Assembly: GCA_965153455.1 (NCBI GenBank)
Contig: OZ234493.1
Coordinates: forward strand, 15,614,213-15,678,212
Source: Sphagnum compactum
Lineage: Eukaryota
Direction: 5' to 3'
DNA: 64,000 bases
In this document: in pieces, positions 1 to 13,541 of the stretch
Position numbering within the stretch: the stretch's first letter is position 1
How the letters are laid out: the number at the start of each line of letters is the position of its first letter
Position numbers and translations under genes: made by a program
The notes under the pieces: generated by a model
What the model saw: the letters and a program-made list of their open reading frames with translations, nothing else
The model's database searches: none
What the model was told of the DNA's origin: nothing

Positions 1-345
1 ATCGCGGATGAGGACACGGTGACGGGTTTCTTGTTAGCGGGAGTGGGGAATGTCGATCTTCGGCGCAAGACGAATTACTTGGTGGTGGATGCCAAGACGA
101 CGGTGAAAGCCATCGAGGACGCGTTCAAGGAATTCACGACACGTGAAGACATTGCCATCATCCTCATCAGTCAGTACGTTGCCAACATGATCCGTTTCAT
201 GATCGATAGCTATCAGAATCCCATTCCTTCCATTCTGGAGATCCCGTCCAAGGATCACCCTTACGATCCCAGTCAGGACTCCATTCTCTCACGAGTCAAG
301 CACATGTTCTCCAGTGATCCCACAGGCTCCACTGATCGTGTGTGA
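1..345 (+). CDS. VHA-F: V-type proton ATPase subunit F (5' truncated by window edge, no introns in the visible part)
   Basis: Frame 1 from base 1 reads IADEDTVTGFLLAGVG...FKEFTTREDIAIILISQYVANMIR...IPSILEIPSKDHPYDPSQDSILSRV, the hallmark V-ATPase F motifs. Stop TGA at 343-345. Confidence 0.97.
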   Translation: MADEDTVTGFLLAGVGNVDLRRKTNYLVVDAKTTVKAIEDAFKEFTTREDIAIILISQYVANMIRFMIDSYQNPIPSILEIPSKDHPYDPSQDSILSRVKHMFSSDPTGSTDRV

Positions 346-694
346 TGTTGTTGTTGTTGTTGGAATCAAAGCTTTTTGCATGATGATGCTGCATCATCAC
401 GATCTTATTTTCTTCCCGTCTCTTGTCCGTCGCTTGAAAAAGTTGTGTACATGAGATGGAGAATTAGTTGAAAACGAAGAACAAGAGAGAGGGATTCGGT
501 AGTGGCAATAGGAGGAGGACATCATCACTCTCTCAGAATCTCTCTCAGAGTAATGATGATGATGTTGCCAGTATAAAAAAATCTTCAATGTATTTTGTTA
601 AGATACATAGTCATGTTGTTGCATCAGGCAATGGGATCTTTGGAGTTGGGATTGATTGAAGGGTTTGTACTCATGTTGCCTCATCTCAACAAAA

Positions 695-847
695 GGATTT
701 CTTGTTCACCTGTGTGTGGGAGTGGTGTGGGATTTCTTGTTCATCTGTGTGTGGGAGTGGTGTGGGATTTCTTGTTCATCTGTGTGCTGGAGTGATGTGG
801 GATTTCTTGTCCATCTGTGTGCAGCAGCTGTGTGGATTTCTTGTTTA
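695..847. repeat. 35-bp minisatellite, ~4.3 copies
   Basis: The unit ggatttcttgttcatctgtgtgtgggagtggtgtg recurs, with gattt at 696, 731, 766, 801 and 835. Confidence 0.9.
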
Positions 848-1990
848 TTCATTGAAGACTTCCCCATACAGTTGCTGTAGTTTCTAATCAAAGAACCCTG
901 GCTGCTGTAAACCTGACCAATTTGCCTCCAGTATGCTGAAGATAAATTCATGCCAGCAGCCACAATGGTTATGAGCATGATTGCTTCCTACTTAGCTTTG
1001 TTGCATGTTCTTTTTCATTTCTGTTGTGCCTTGGTGTAGATGCTTGCTTGTACATGGACAAGCAGAAATTAAATGAATCTTTTACCCTTACCTGCTTGTG
1101 CACCTTGAGCAAGGATGCTAAGGACTTTTTTTATTAGCACTGTCAGTTTGAGTGCTGGCTAACATTATGACTCAGCTTCCCATCGCGTTCAGAAATGTGA
1201 CAGAAACTGAGGACACCAATTTTAGTGGAATAGTTTGCTCGATAGTTTTGAGCAGATTATTGTATTTTTACATGCACCTGCAACTATTTGGATTCTAATC
1301 AGCTCAGAGCAATGGCAGCTAATTGCTGCCATTCATACTGTGTGAATGACAATGGTATGATTGCACTCATCCTCCATTTTTGTTTTGGTTGACCAGAACC
1401 AACATAACATTTATCTAGTGTGGGCTTTCTTCAGCAGTCTCATGGTTATGATCTTGTTGAAATGGGGATATGCAATGGGGTGTTGATCATAACCTGTATC
1501 TTCCCTTCCATTAGCACCAAAACTCTGTAGTGAACAGGCTAGTGGGACTTGTCACACACTGCACAAGTACTTGTGGGGTCTAAATCACTTAGTAATCATC
1601 TGTGATACTACATCCTTCACCACCAGTGTAGGTATGATATGTTGACTGTTCATCTTAAGTGATAGAACTTAGAACTGAATAGGAAGGAAAGCTATAATCT
1701 AGAAAAACACAAGCAGCATTGCTCGATTGGAGTGTTGTGGAAGAGACCCTCCATGTACATGTTGCCATGGATGTGTAGCACTCAAAGCTAATACATTGCT
1801 TGTATTGCTTACGAAAACTGGCTTGACTGATCATCACATCATCAGATTGGAGAGAATGGAGACATGCATATTTGATATTCTTGGAGACCAACAACCCAAG
1901 CTTAACTACTTGCTTCGTCATTAAATCAAAGCAAATAGTTTTGAGAAGTGTTTCTCAGTGCCCTACTCCCTATGCAAACTTGAAGTACAT

Positions 1991-4900
1991 TCAGAAAGGA
2001 CTGACTCTATGAGCAAGTTGCAAAAAAATCTCAGGCACAAGACGACGCCGCCTCTTCATCACCATGAAATCTTCAGCTTTTGCTTCATCATCACCTTCGT
2101 GGATCACTGCCAATATGTCAGCTAGCAAATGATCAACACCACCTTGCATTGGGTCCTGCACAACTCAGTCAGTATATCAGATAGCAAATCATCATCATCA
2201 CCTGGCATTGGGTTGTGAACAACTCAGTGGTGCCTTAGTGTCACAAACCCATACTGCACAAACATGGACAATATGAACCATTTGATTCAGAATACAGGAT
2301 AGGAGCTGTCAAAACAACACACCTGCAAGAGCAGGTCAGTGTGTGTCTTTCCAGCATACAAAATTGTTGTCACCTTTGCACCCACTGATTGCAGTGCATT
2401 CCCAAATGCAACACTGCAGAAACATTACCATCAGGTCTCATCATTCCTTCCAGTAGAAGGTCATAAACATGAACCTCACAGCATATGCTCCAACTGCTCA
2501 CTCATAAGGACATTTGATCTTTCCATGACACCAGTACCTGGGAGTAAGAAAGTGCTGCAGAGGTAATGACATACCTGGCCTCATGATGAATTGAACAATC
2601 AGCAGTTCCATGAAATAAAGATATTGACGGTAGATGTGGCACTGCTTCCTGAAAAGCTGGGCTCAAAACCAACAACTCGGGAGAGAAAAGTGGTAGGGAC
2701 TCCTCCCCCTCCATCACTCTGCAAAACCTCAAAGACACAAGGGCTTCAGTCATATTGAAGCCCTTAAACTCTTTGTGACAATGACAACAAAAAAGAACTC
2801 CACAGCATCTGGATGAGAGAAGCTAGTTACAATCTCATGTCAAAAGTTGCACACTTTTTCGCTTTGAAAGTTGTCTTCAACTACCTCAGAAAAATAGATC
2901 GGGAAAGACCTCGTTGATGGAAATGATCCACAAGATTTGGCAGATTGTACCTGCTCCACAACAATCCAACAAGTGTCACACCAGCAGCCTAGTGGCAGTG
3001 CTCATGACCACCATCGTAAGTTGTCATTGGTTCAAGCCCCATAAGGTGCATCCTAGTGCATTCTCCCTGATTGTCAATCCAAGGTCCAGTGGCTAACAAA
3101 AGGATGTCACCATTACAGGCAAGATATCCATTTTCCTTACCCGCCTGAAATGGCAAAAAAGGCTTTGAGCTCATGTGACCTCCATGACAGCTTTGCGGCG
3201 TCCTCAAACGCCTCCTTCTGTGCTTGCTTAACTAATGCACATGCTGCCAGGTGGGCCCCCGCTGAATGACCTGCCAAAAATACTCTGTTGACTCTCACGT
3301 ATCAGAGTTTGACAGCGGCACAAAGGAAAGACATGGTATGAAAGACTCCCAAAGTTATACTCTATGCACAAACATTACTTTTGCGAGTTGAAGCATTCCA
3401 GTTTTTGGATCATTTATCACTTTGATTCAATTCTGTGCAAGCATGAACGTCTTTTCAGAAAGTGCAAACCCAATCACACCTGTGAAAAGGGGATTCTTTT
3501 GTGCCCTCACCTGTTTGGATCACCACCAAGGTTTGTGACATTCTGACAAACATAGCCTATTCCAGTAGAGATGTCTGCCACCATGTCACTCACAGAGCCC
3601 TGTGGAAAATTCCTGCATCGTCAGCAAAGCACATTGTACTGAGTCCAAGGATCCTTCGATAAGAAAGTTCTATACAACACAAGAAAACCAAAGACCAATT
3701 CATAAGGAAAATGATGAAGTCAAATTTGTTGGAGGCAAGGAGTCGTTTTATGAACATCTAAGGACATGCACCTGTAATCAAGACACGTCACAATGATGTG
3801 ATGTTCAGCAAGCTGCTGCCCCAATAAAGCAGCCCATCCCTTGTACCTGTTGATCAGTCTTGGCATCAGTTTCAAGCCCTTCAGAGTGATCTCAACTCAA
3901 AGAGAAATTGCATGAGATGGGAAGACAGGAATGAGTCCCAACAACAAAGAGAGGCAACTAACCCAATAATCCAAGCACCACCTGTCACAAAAATCACCAC
4001 TGGCTTTGGGCTGTCATCATCATCACAATTTGGAGGCATGTACAAGTCCAGCCTGCCCAGAGTTCCAGCACAAGAGTTATTACACTCCCCAGAACCTTCA
4101 ATCATCTGCTTGGAAACAACTTTGACAGTTGACAAATCAATACATTCACAGCATAGCTAGATTGTTCTGTCAATAATTCAGACCAAAAAAAAGTGAAAGC
4201 ATTTGTCTTTGCATGCCAATCTTACACCTGAACATTACCTATTGCGGGGTTCCATCCCGTACACAATGCTGCGATGAATGTAGTTGGAGGAGAAGTATTT
4301 CAATAAAACTGCCAAAGCTCCAGAAAGACAACATTAGTGTACATTTTCCTGCAGATGCTGCAAAATCTGATCAAAACACACCTCACACTGTACACCCCAA
4401 AAGAGCAGGGTGTTGTATACTCACCTTGAATGAAACCTGGCATGAGAAAAAGTGCATAGAGACATAGCCAAAGAAATTTGCTTATCCATCGTGATCCTAT
4501 CCTGGTAACATGTGCAAAACAGCCAGATTCATCAAAAGAATGAATACTCTAGCTGCAAAGCTGCTGCTTGCATGATGAGACGATTCAATATACAGATAAT
4601 ACAAACAATAGAATCCCCCATTATAGAGGAAAATGGTAGAAGAGATGCTACCCCAGATATCTCAGCAGAGTTAAGGCCAGTTGAGTGATCAAGTAAGTTT
4701 CAGTGGCTGCATGCTGAACATCATTTTGGAACCCACGGAATGAGTTCTGTCGGTCAAGCCTGAGTGGGCCACCCTGAGGGATGCCACCCAATATTCTAAG
4801 TTGCCACTTCTGCATTCTTGAAGATCTGTGGCGCTGCACCCATTCAAGGATCCCACAAGCCATCAACAAAAGCAAAAGCAAGTCCCTTATTATACCATGA

Positions 4901-5312
4901 AACAAGAACAAATACATCTTCAAAAACAACCTTTGCACTTGCCTTCAAGGGTTAAGAAGGTTTGGACATCATTACCTGATGCCAGTGTTTATTGATTTCT
5001 ACCATGATACCAGACTGCAAGTGTGGAGTATCAATTTACACCTCTGTTAGTAGTGCCCGTTAACACCCATCTTCCATTTCGTCACAACAGGTTCTGCATC
5101 TCACTTGTTGCATCCACTTCAATTTTAGATGTGCCATTGGGTTTCACTGGCATGGTTTAAGGTATGTCCAAGCACCCTATACACACTATTCAATGGAATT
5201 ACCCATGCAATTTACTTGGTGATGGCAGCACTGTGTTCTTAAAGACATCCTCTGAGATGAGCATCTTGGATAGAAGCCTTTGCAGGGGTGTCATGGATCT
5301 GCACCCATTCAT
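1991..5312 (-). CDS. ICME: Isoprenylcysteine alpha-carbonyl methylesterase (ICME/ICMEL, alpha/beta hydrolase), multi-exon; start codon uncertain
   Basis: Spliced exons read [21 protein letters not shown] / [11 protein letters not shown] / LDLYMP...[15 protein letters not shown] / [12 protein letters not shown] (nucleophile GxSxG) / [15 protein letters not shown] / [10 protein letters not shown] / [10 protein letters not shown] / DPMQGG...[16 protein letters not shown]. Stop at 1991-1993. Confidence 0.92.
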
Positions 5313-5916
5313 TCTCACCAAATTCAATTGCAAGGATAAAATGCTTCCTAAACCCAGAAACCACCAGTTTCGTATTTCCAATGGCAAGTGCAGAAGATGT
5401 GTGATTTCCACATGGCCAAAAACTAACCAAATAAAAAAAGTGTTTATGATCTACCCAGCTGATGGCTTCATCATCAAGGATCCATCTTATTCAAAGGGAT
5501 CTGACGCTTCCTGATCATCAGATTCAAGGGATGTGAGGGTTCCTCTAGGCATGGGGAAAATCAAAACCCTAACCCTTTTTCCATGATTTGAAGAGTTGAC
5601 GTCTCAACAAGAATCTGGGGATGACTGGGACAATACCAAAAGGCAAGAATGCATCAAAAGCTTGATTTCACTATGTCATGACCAAATTTCAAACAATTAA
5701 CATAAGCTTTTTTCTTTGGAACTTCAAGAGATTTTCAAACAATCAACAGAAGCTTTTTCTTGCTTTTATTGTCGAAGAAGAACTTACTAGAAAGATGACG
5801 ACATTATTCAAACTGCTTGCTCCAGCTCAAAGATCACTGCATATAAAAGAGGGTAAAATAATAATAATAATAATAGTATTATTGCCAGCTCCCACAAACT
5901 ATAGAATTGCAAATTG

Positions 5917-6320
5917 TGTCACAAGAAGTCTCTCTTACACTTCTGAATCCAAGACACAGAGGCGAGAGAGGAGAGGGTTCTTACAGGTGTGAACTCCTCC
6001 CCCCCCCCCCCCCCCCCCCTACCACTCTTAAAGGAGCAAGCGTAAGAATCCGTTCTCTTTTCTGTTCTAGTAGGAATCTTCAAGCACATAAGGAGCCCTC
6101 CAAATGTGCGAGGAACTTCTTCCAAGTGCTTCCCAGTATGTGGTTTGCGATGTCAGCTTCCTCCACGCAGCAATTTGACGTCCTTGGCATGTCCAGAAAG
6201 CCGTGAACTTTATGGGGTGTCGGGTACTTGCCCAACACAGGCCCCGCCTTTCAGCCTATGTCAAAGGCACACTCAAGATGGCGTGGTCGGTCATTCTCCG
6301 TGCAAATAGCTGACCTTACA
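5917..6320. mobile_element. Solo-LTR-like element (~400 bp) with an internal poly-C tract
   Basis: GC-richer block bounded by TGTCACA...CCTTACA (TG..CA ends), with a C run at ~5999-6019. Flanks aattg/aatga are not a clean TSD. Confidence 0.4.
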
Positions 6321-6799
6321 AATGATGTGGCACCACTACTACCATTCCAACTTTTAATGTTAATGAAGGCTTTTGATTTATTATCGTGATGTTAAAATCT
6401 TCAAAAAATTAAGATCTCTGTACTTAAGATTGTCAATAGCCTAATAGCCTTAAATCCTAGCCAAAAGCTTATCAACGATGTCGCCTATTGACAAGGGCCA
6501 ATTTTTTGTGCCTCATTATCACACTAACGCTTTGATCCTATGCCTCACCTGCACCTTGCCATTGCAATTTGGATTCGAGCTTTGCAATTTGCATCTCATC
6601 CGTGTTTCATTATCATAATTTGCATTCAAGCTTTGCATTTGCATCTTTTCATCTATCTCTTTGTGTTGTAACATCGTGTTTGTCTCTTTGCGTTTATCTT
6701 TTTTGTGTTTACGTTTCTCTCATTGTCACTACATTCATTTCTTTACATATGTCATCTTTGTGCATGCATCTTTGACATCGTCAACATCACAAATTTTGT

Positions 6800-9700
6800 A
6801 ACAACAATGGACAATTCAACAAGAGTCAATTCAACACTAAACAACAACAAATGACACAATAGAGGCAAAACATGCAAAAGAACCTCACAACAATACAATT
6901 GAAGCCAAGAGGAGATGGATGTAAAGGACAATTCAAAAATAATTCATTAGACAATATGAAAGGAAAAGGCAGGGGTAGAGGAAGCAAAGGTCCCGACTAT
7001 CAACACACAACATGAATTGCAATCATGAAGAGGTGATGGCCTTGATTACTTGTAAGCATAAGGAGCACATCACTTTGAAACAAGTTATTGATCCACAAGC
7101 AAACGTGACTCCTACAATAATGTAATAATGGAACATGTTATCAAAGGACATGCAATCATTCACACACTCAAAGACTCTAAGAATTGGCAAGATGTGCAAA
7201 GACAAATGGAACGACATTAATGGTGATACAAGAGATATATGATTACTGCAAAAGCATTGGTCATAACATTTCATATTGGGATTTAACAATGAAACAGTGG
7301 GACAAACTCTATTATTAAGACAATTCAATGAAAATTGTTATAAGGCAATTTAGGCTTTCCAAGGGGAAAAAAACATATTTACAAGTAAAAGGTGATGGAA
7401 TCTATATACAACAAAAAGAAGAGGAAAGTCACTTTCTTACACAACCTAATTAATCTTTGATGTTGGTTATTAGTAAAAGATGATGTTCTCAAGGAAAGCG
7501 AAAAGACTTTTCAATTAAACTAGGGCAACAATCATGGAGCTATTATAGACAATGTAATCAACTTGGATGACTTTTCATAATCATTTAGATTAGATAATGG
7601 ACCTCCTCAACATCCTACATTCATGAGCTTCAATGATTTTTATTCTATAACACTTACAACACCTAACACACATCCAACACCTGGAACAACATCAATTGTA
7701 ACTCTTGAAAACACTAGAATTAGAAGAAAACAATTATCGATGTTCTTGTTAATCATTGAAACCAATGATAAAAACAACAAGATTATTATGGACACCATGG
7801 ATCGCATCAATATACAAGTCAACATGACTGAATCTCATAAAAAAACATTTAAACATCATTTCAAATATCTAAAGGAGAAAGACATGAAGGCTTGCAAGAT
7901 GAACAAGAGTATGGTAAGTGTTTTATAGTTTCAAATTGAATCAATTTGCTATTTGACATAATTTCAATTTGGCATTTCAATTTCATTGAGCTAGACAACA
8001 ACATTACATTAAATGTATTAATGAAATTTACCTTCCATTTAATTGCAAACTTGTTCTAAGATTGAATTTGAAGAAGAAATCATTTCAACATTGAAATAAA
8101 CAATATATAGTTCATAATCATTTCATTGAGCTAGAGCAATTTTGAAATAAACAACAATAATGAAGTATATGTTTCATTCAACATTCCTCAATGCTTGATG
8201 TAACATTGAACTTGAAGAAAAACAATTCCATTCAATTTGAATCAGTTTGCCATAACAAATCCAAACACATAAGTATTTTCAACGACTATCATCTTCAAAC
8301 ACATCATTACACATGTTTAACAAAATACAAAAATCTTTAAAAAAATTCTTTCATTGCTACCAAGTTCAAATCTTTTTCAAGATCCAAATCTTCTTCTTAT
8401 GTTACAACCAAGTTCATATATTTTTCAAGCTTCAAATTTGTAATTTACAATGAAGAAGGAAATGATTCGTGATGATGATTTGTAGTAGATTTGTGGAGTT
8501 GTCATGATGACAACAACATTGGACATTAAACATTTTAACATTTTCCATTTCAACTTGACAATAGCAATCACCTTAACTTCAATTCAATATTCTCCATTTC
8601 ATTTTAAAACTTGACAAAATTGTACTTGAAGAAAAACAATTTACTAGTATAATTTACAACATTAAGTTCAACATTCAATTTCATTTGAACATTGCACTTG
8701 ACAACATTTGACAACATTTGAGCTTAGTCATTATTTGTGTCCTAATTTGTTCCCTATATATGTCTCAAGTGTTATTCTTTAGCTAGATCCTGAAAGTTCA
8801 TTACCTTTTAAAACAACTTCTGTCTCATTGAGTCCTGCATTTGTCCTATTATTATAATGCTTTCTTATTCCACCCTATTCAGATTCATGTTCCAACTACA
8901 ACATTAATGCATCTACATCTACATCCTTCCCATCCAATATAAAATTATACAACAAGCAATAGCATGTAACAACATTAAGAATGAAAAAATATGAAGATTG
9001 CTTTTGAGTAATAGTTTTTGGAAAGTTTTTTTCAATGTCCCAAAAATGTTTTCCACCATACTTCTTCCTTTGGAAAGATGCATGGTATTTAATGCTTCCA
9101 ATAATGTGTGCCTAACATTTGAGGGGTCATGAATTAGGGTACAAAGCGGCTAGCCCTTGTCCCAAATGATATAAGGGTGAATGCCATCTTATGATCCATG
9201 TTCAAAGTCAAAGAAATTATCATAAGTTACCTTTATGTAAAAGCTAGATAATCAAGAACTTTATAATCATTCAAAAATCTTGGCAATCCCACAAAAACAT
9301 CTTGAAACCACTTCTTGTGATCAACAACCACTTGCAACTACATGTTGTGAATTCTAAATTTGTAGGAAAGAAATTTGCAAAATAACTCCTTTAGGTTTAT
9401 GATTGTGCATTTGTGTACAATCAATTGTACCATGAACAAAAGGGAGGCCGCACCAATCCTTGAAGACCGCCATCACCTTTGACAAATCTTCACTTCATGG
9501 CCATTGAATTTGGTTCCTAAATACAACATTAACAACAACAACAAACTTGTGCAGGACCATGTTCAAAGAGGACTTGCCCATTACAAAAAGTTCACTACAT
9601 TGAAGGTAGTAGTTTCGTGCACAAGTTTGTAAAGCAAGCACACCAACTTTAATGCCAACATGAATTGCACACCTATATGTGGTGTTTTGTTTTCTAATCA

Positions 9701-10300
9701 AAGGTCATAACTTATATGTTATTTACAAAACAACTTTTCTAGTGATTTGGAAATGTTCAAACCACCTTGAATTTTCATACCAAGTCATAAGGAAGTTCAA
9801 ATACCAAATGGTACTCAAAGCCTTGATCTAATCTTCAACTTCCTTCACCATCAATAAATTAAAATAGTAAAAAAACATGAAGTGATTCAAGACAACACCT
9901 TTCCACACACTTTTGACCAACAATTTGGTATTGGATAGTAAGAAATTTTATGTTAGAAGTGTCATCATTCTCATGGTCTCATTTCCAACTTCAAAACACA
10001 AAGAAAATAACTACTACAAACACAACAAATAAAGAAAATTCATTAGTTATAACACCTTGGGCAATGGCACCATTACAAGGTGCGAATTGAAAATAATAAT
10101 AATCAATGACGACAATGAATGAAAGTAGTGAGCTTGAGTGGACAAGAATGAGAGAGCTTGTGCCATAGAATGGGAGAGCTTAAACATGCCATAGAGGGAA
10201 CAAGAGAATTTCAACATGGCATAGAGAAAATGAAAAAGCTTGAGCAAGAAAAAGAATGATGATTCAATGTGGCACTAGTGTGTGATGTAGGCAATGGCCA
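6800..10300. mobile_element. Decayed PIF/Harbinger transposon (Myb/SANT-like gene on +, DDE_Tnp_4 nuclease on -)
   Basis: Minus strand ~8750-9900 gives broken fragments GLPFVHGTIDCT, LQVVVDHKKWFQDVFVGLP and GRSMVENIFGTLKKTF (Harbinger transposase motifs). Plus strand ~7000-7900 gives a trihelix-like NHEEVMALITCKHKEH...KMCKDKWNDINGD. Many stops; element limits approximate. Confidence 0.75.
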
Positions 10301-10681
10301 TTTTGATCATCATGATGATTTGTTATTGTTTGTTTAACTTCCAATTACCTTATGAACTATTGAAAATGATGCCATGCTATGACATACCCTAGCTAATTGC
10401 AATTAAAACATTTGAATGAAAATAATTAGAAAATTTAATATTTACCAATAATATTTAACATTATAACCTACCATCGTCTTAATCCCTATCGTCAACCTAT
10501 CATTAAAACTTTATCAATTTATAGTAACTTTAGGTTTGAATGTATCTTATGTTATATTTGCAATACTACAAAAAGGTTATATGTAATTTTTTTTTCTTAA
10601 CCATGTCAAGGGTGATTAGACAAAGGTTATAATACTAAACATGATTTACAGATAGTGTTAAACTATTAGTGGTAAAAAAAG

Positions 10682-11501
10682 TGTCGCAACCCTACTTTGG
10701 CCAAGTGTGGGGGTGAAGCCCAACACTTGGAAAAGTTGGAGGTTTGGAGTCCCCCGGGACTCCCGAATGTTCAGAGCTCGACAGCAAGGTTCAAAACACC
10801 TCGCATTGAGGTGTTCTTGGTGTCATTGGAAAGGTCTTGAAACGTAGATATCGAAAATGGCCTCGTATTGGCCATTCGGACATCTGCAGCCCAAGTTATA
10901 GGCAAAAGAAGGGCCGGGAGTCAAACTGGCAGTTTGACTCTCGACCACTAAAAGTCGGGAATCGACCCTTTCCCGACGTCGCCTTAGGGAGTGCGACATG
11001 GCGTTGGAAAGATCTCGACGAGGGCTACAACTTTGGTTTAGACCTCGTCGCGATCGAACTCCGAAGTCGGGAGTTATGGCCGCTCAAAGTTTTAGGAGTC
11101 TCGCCGGGACAGTTTCGGGACTCCATTTCGGGAGTCCCAAGAATTTGTGTCATTTGGATATAGCCTCCGTGGCGAGCTGCAGAGAATACTATAAGGGGGA
11201 AGGTGGTGGCTTCCCCCGAGTCCGGGCCGTGGTGAGTCTTGTGTGTCCAAGTGCCCGTGGCTTGTTCCAACACCCAAGGGTGTCCCAAATGCTAAACTAA
11301 CCTCCCGTGGTTGGTTTTTGGATGCAGATTCACACAAGCTAAGCTAGTCCCTCTTCCTAGTCTAATCTCGGGGCTTCCAACTCGACCTTCTACCCCTTTC
11401 TAGAGTTGGAAGTCGAGAGCGTGCCCTTCGGTCCCAACTTTCCGCAACTTCACATTGGTGAACCCTCAAGTGGGTTCACCCCGGGACCAAGGAGGGCGTC
11501 A
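10682..11501. mobile_element. Solo LTR / LTR-like dispersed repeat (~820 bp)
   Basis: Sharp GC-rich, CpG-rich block starting TGTCGCAACCCTACTTTGG and ending GGGCGTCA (TG...CA) inside AT-rich flanks. It resembles a high-copy moss repeat as recalled, not checked. No TSD seen. Confidence 0.7.
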
Positions 11502-12507
11502 CGTGATATCATGAAAATAATCATATTATTGATATACTTTTAGGTGTTGTTGTTTTAGACAAAAATAACCATTCATATCATAGCTATTAGTTTCTTACCT
11601 TTCACCCTTTTTTTTGAATAATCAAGGGGCAAATGTTTGATTTTTTTAATATTTGCTAGTTCTAGGTATTTGAAAAAATTCAAAATCAAAGCATCATTGG
11701 TTCCAAATATTTCAAAATATTCTAAATCCAAGGACAACCATGTCCAAGTGTTTGAAAAAAAAAACAAATTCAAAAAACCACCAATTTTGAGTATTTAAAA
11801 AACTTCAAAATATTTGATTTTTTGACTAGGTATTTGAATTTTTTTATAACCACAATTATCAACTTTGATATTTAGCTTGATTCTGAATTGGGGTTTGGTG
11901 CAATTTCTAATACCTACATGACCATTCCGGATTAAACCCCACAATCATTTCCATGTTATATACATTGAATTATTTGGTCCTTCATGTTGATTTTACATAA
12001 TATCAATTGAAAAGCCTAACTTTTAAGTTTGTTAGATTTAATGTTAGCTAGCACACACACTTAACACCAAAGGAACACCACCTACCAACAAGGATGCCAT
12101 ATCATCAATAAGGTTATTTAATATTACATATGTGAATGCAACTCAAAATCAAGAAAATTTAACCTTGACTTGCCATGGATTAACACTAGGTGAGAATGAT
12201 ATATTAGTGCACTAATGGACAAAGGGTCTTGATTAGGCTTGTATGTACATGTGTAAAAATGTTAAGATCAATGAAATTGTTGGATTTGGTGGTTTGATTT
12301 ATTTTTCTATGTTATTTTAACTGAATTAATAATTAAATATGAACAGGGTTTAGTAGGTTTGTGGAAATTTCAAAGGACCAATGGAAATAGTACAAGAGGA
12401 TCATTATTTTCATTGTTCAATCACATAGGGTTGTGTGTAGGCATGAAGATTTTTTTTTCTAGGCCAATGGGATAGTTGGACTTGGTGATCTAAATCGGTT
12501 TTCCTAA

Positions 12508-12719
12508 GGTGTATTCACACTTGGAGTTAAGGACTCTAGTATTAAGTCCCCTAACACCAAGTTAAGCATTTAGGACCTAAACCTATTTATCATGAAGATT
12601 TTATGTTAAGTTAACATTCATTTAACATTAAACAATCACCCATTTAACATTGGGTGCCACCTAAGATGCCACCTAGATTTTCACTTAACACTGACTTAAA
12701 CATTAGGTGTGAATGTACC
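12508..12719. mobile_element. Tourist-like (PIF/Harbinger) MITE, 212 bp
   Basis: Imperfect TIRs ggtgtattcacacttggagtt / aacattaggtgtgaatgtacc. Flanked by TAA on the left and TAG on the right, consistent with a mutated TAA target duplication. Confidence 0.65.
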
Positions 12720-13541
12720 TAGTTACCTTGAGCAAAGTAACAAATCAATGTGTAGTAGGTGTTTACAGACAGGGTTTTGGCACATTACTTGTGCACTTTG
12801 TTTAATAAGGGAACCAAAACAAATTTTTAAAATAATCTGCGAGTCAATCTTTTTCTTTTTGGCAAAATTTTGCACTGCAACAACATAAAATTTAAAAATA
12901 AAAAAATAAAAATGAAAATCTTCTGCAAAGGCTACAAAGGGGTTTTTTCTGAAAAATTTGCACAAAAGTTGCCATATTTAGTCACCAAAACAAAGCAAGA
13001 TTCTAAAAGAATTCTACTATCCTGTCTGAGAGATGCAGCCAAATTTTGGTTCTAACAGTTTCAATTGTGATGTGATTCCATGATGGGGAAATCCAGTTAC
13101 GCTCTGGAATAGGCCCTGGTAGCACCAGTTCCCACATGACAAAATGGTGTATTGCCGCCGCCCTACTGACCTGAACACATTCCAAGGTGGAATGGACCCT
13201 GGCAGGCCCATTCCAGAGTGCTTTCCCTGGTTGTAAAGATCCTGCTGGTTTTTCGTAGAGTAATTTTTGGAACCCTCCCCAGCCCAAAATTTGTCGCTGT
13301 ACCTTCGGAAGTCCAGAAGGCCCAATACAGCCTGTCAACTTGGGCCTACCGACATCCGGAGGGCCCAGTACAGCCTGACAACTCTGTCAACTGGGCCTTC
13401 CTGATTTCAAAAAAAGGTACGGTTCTGAATTTTTTTCCCTTTTATGTCTTCTTTTCTTTATTGCTGCCTTTTATAAGTATGATGATGCATATGGGGAGAA
13501 AGCCACCAGAAAGATAACAGGAAAACCAGCCCCTTTCTTTA

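Noticed and set aside
695-847. CRISPR-like 35-bp periodicity
   Set aside because: The units are contiguous with no unique spacers, the context is eukaryotic and there are no cas genes.
10837-11337. Overlapping 80-108 aa ORFs
   Set aside because: They lie inside a GC-rich LTR-like repeat and have no domain motifs, so they are likely chance ORFs.
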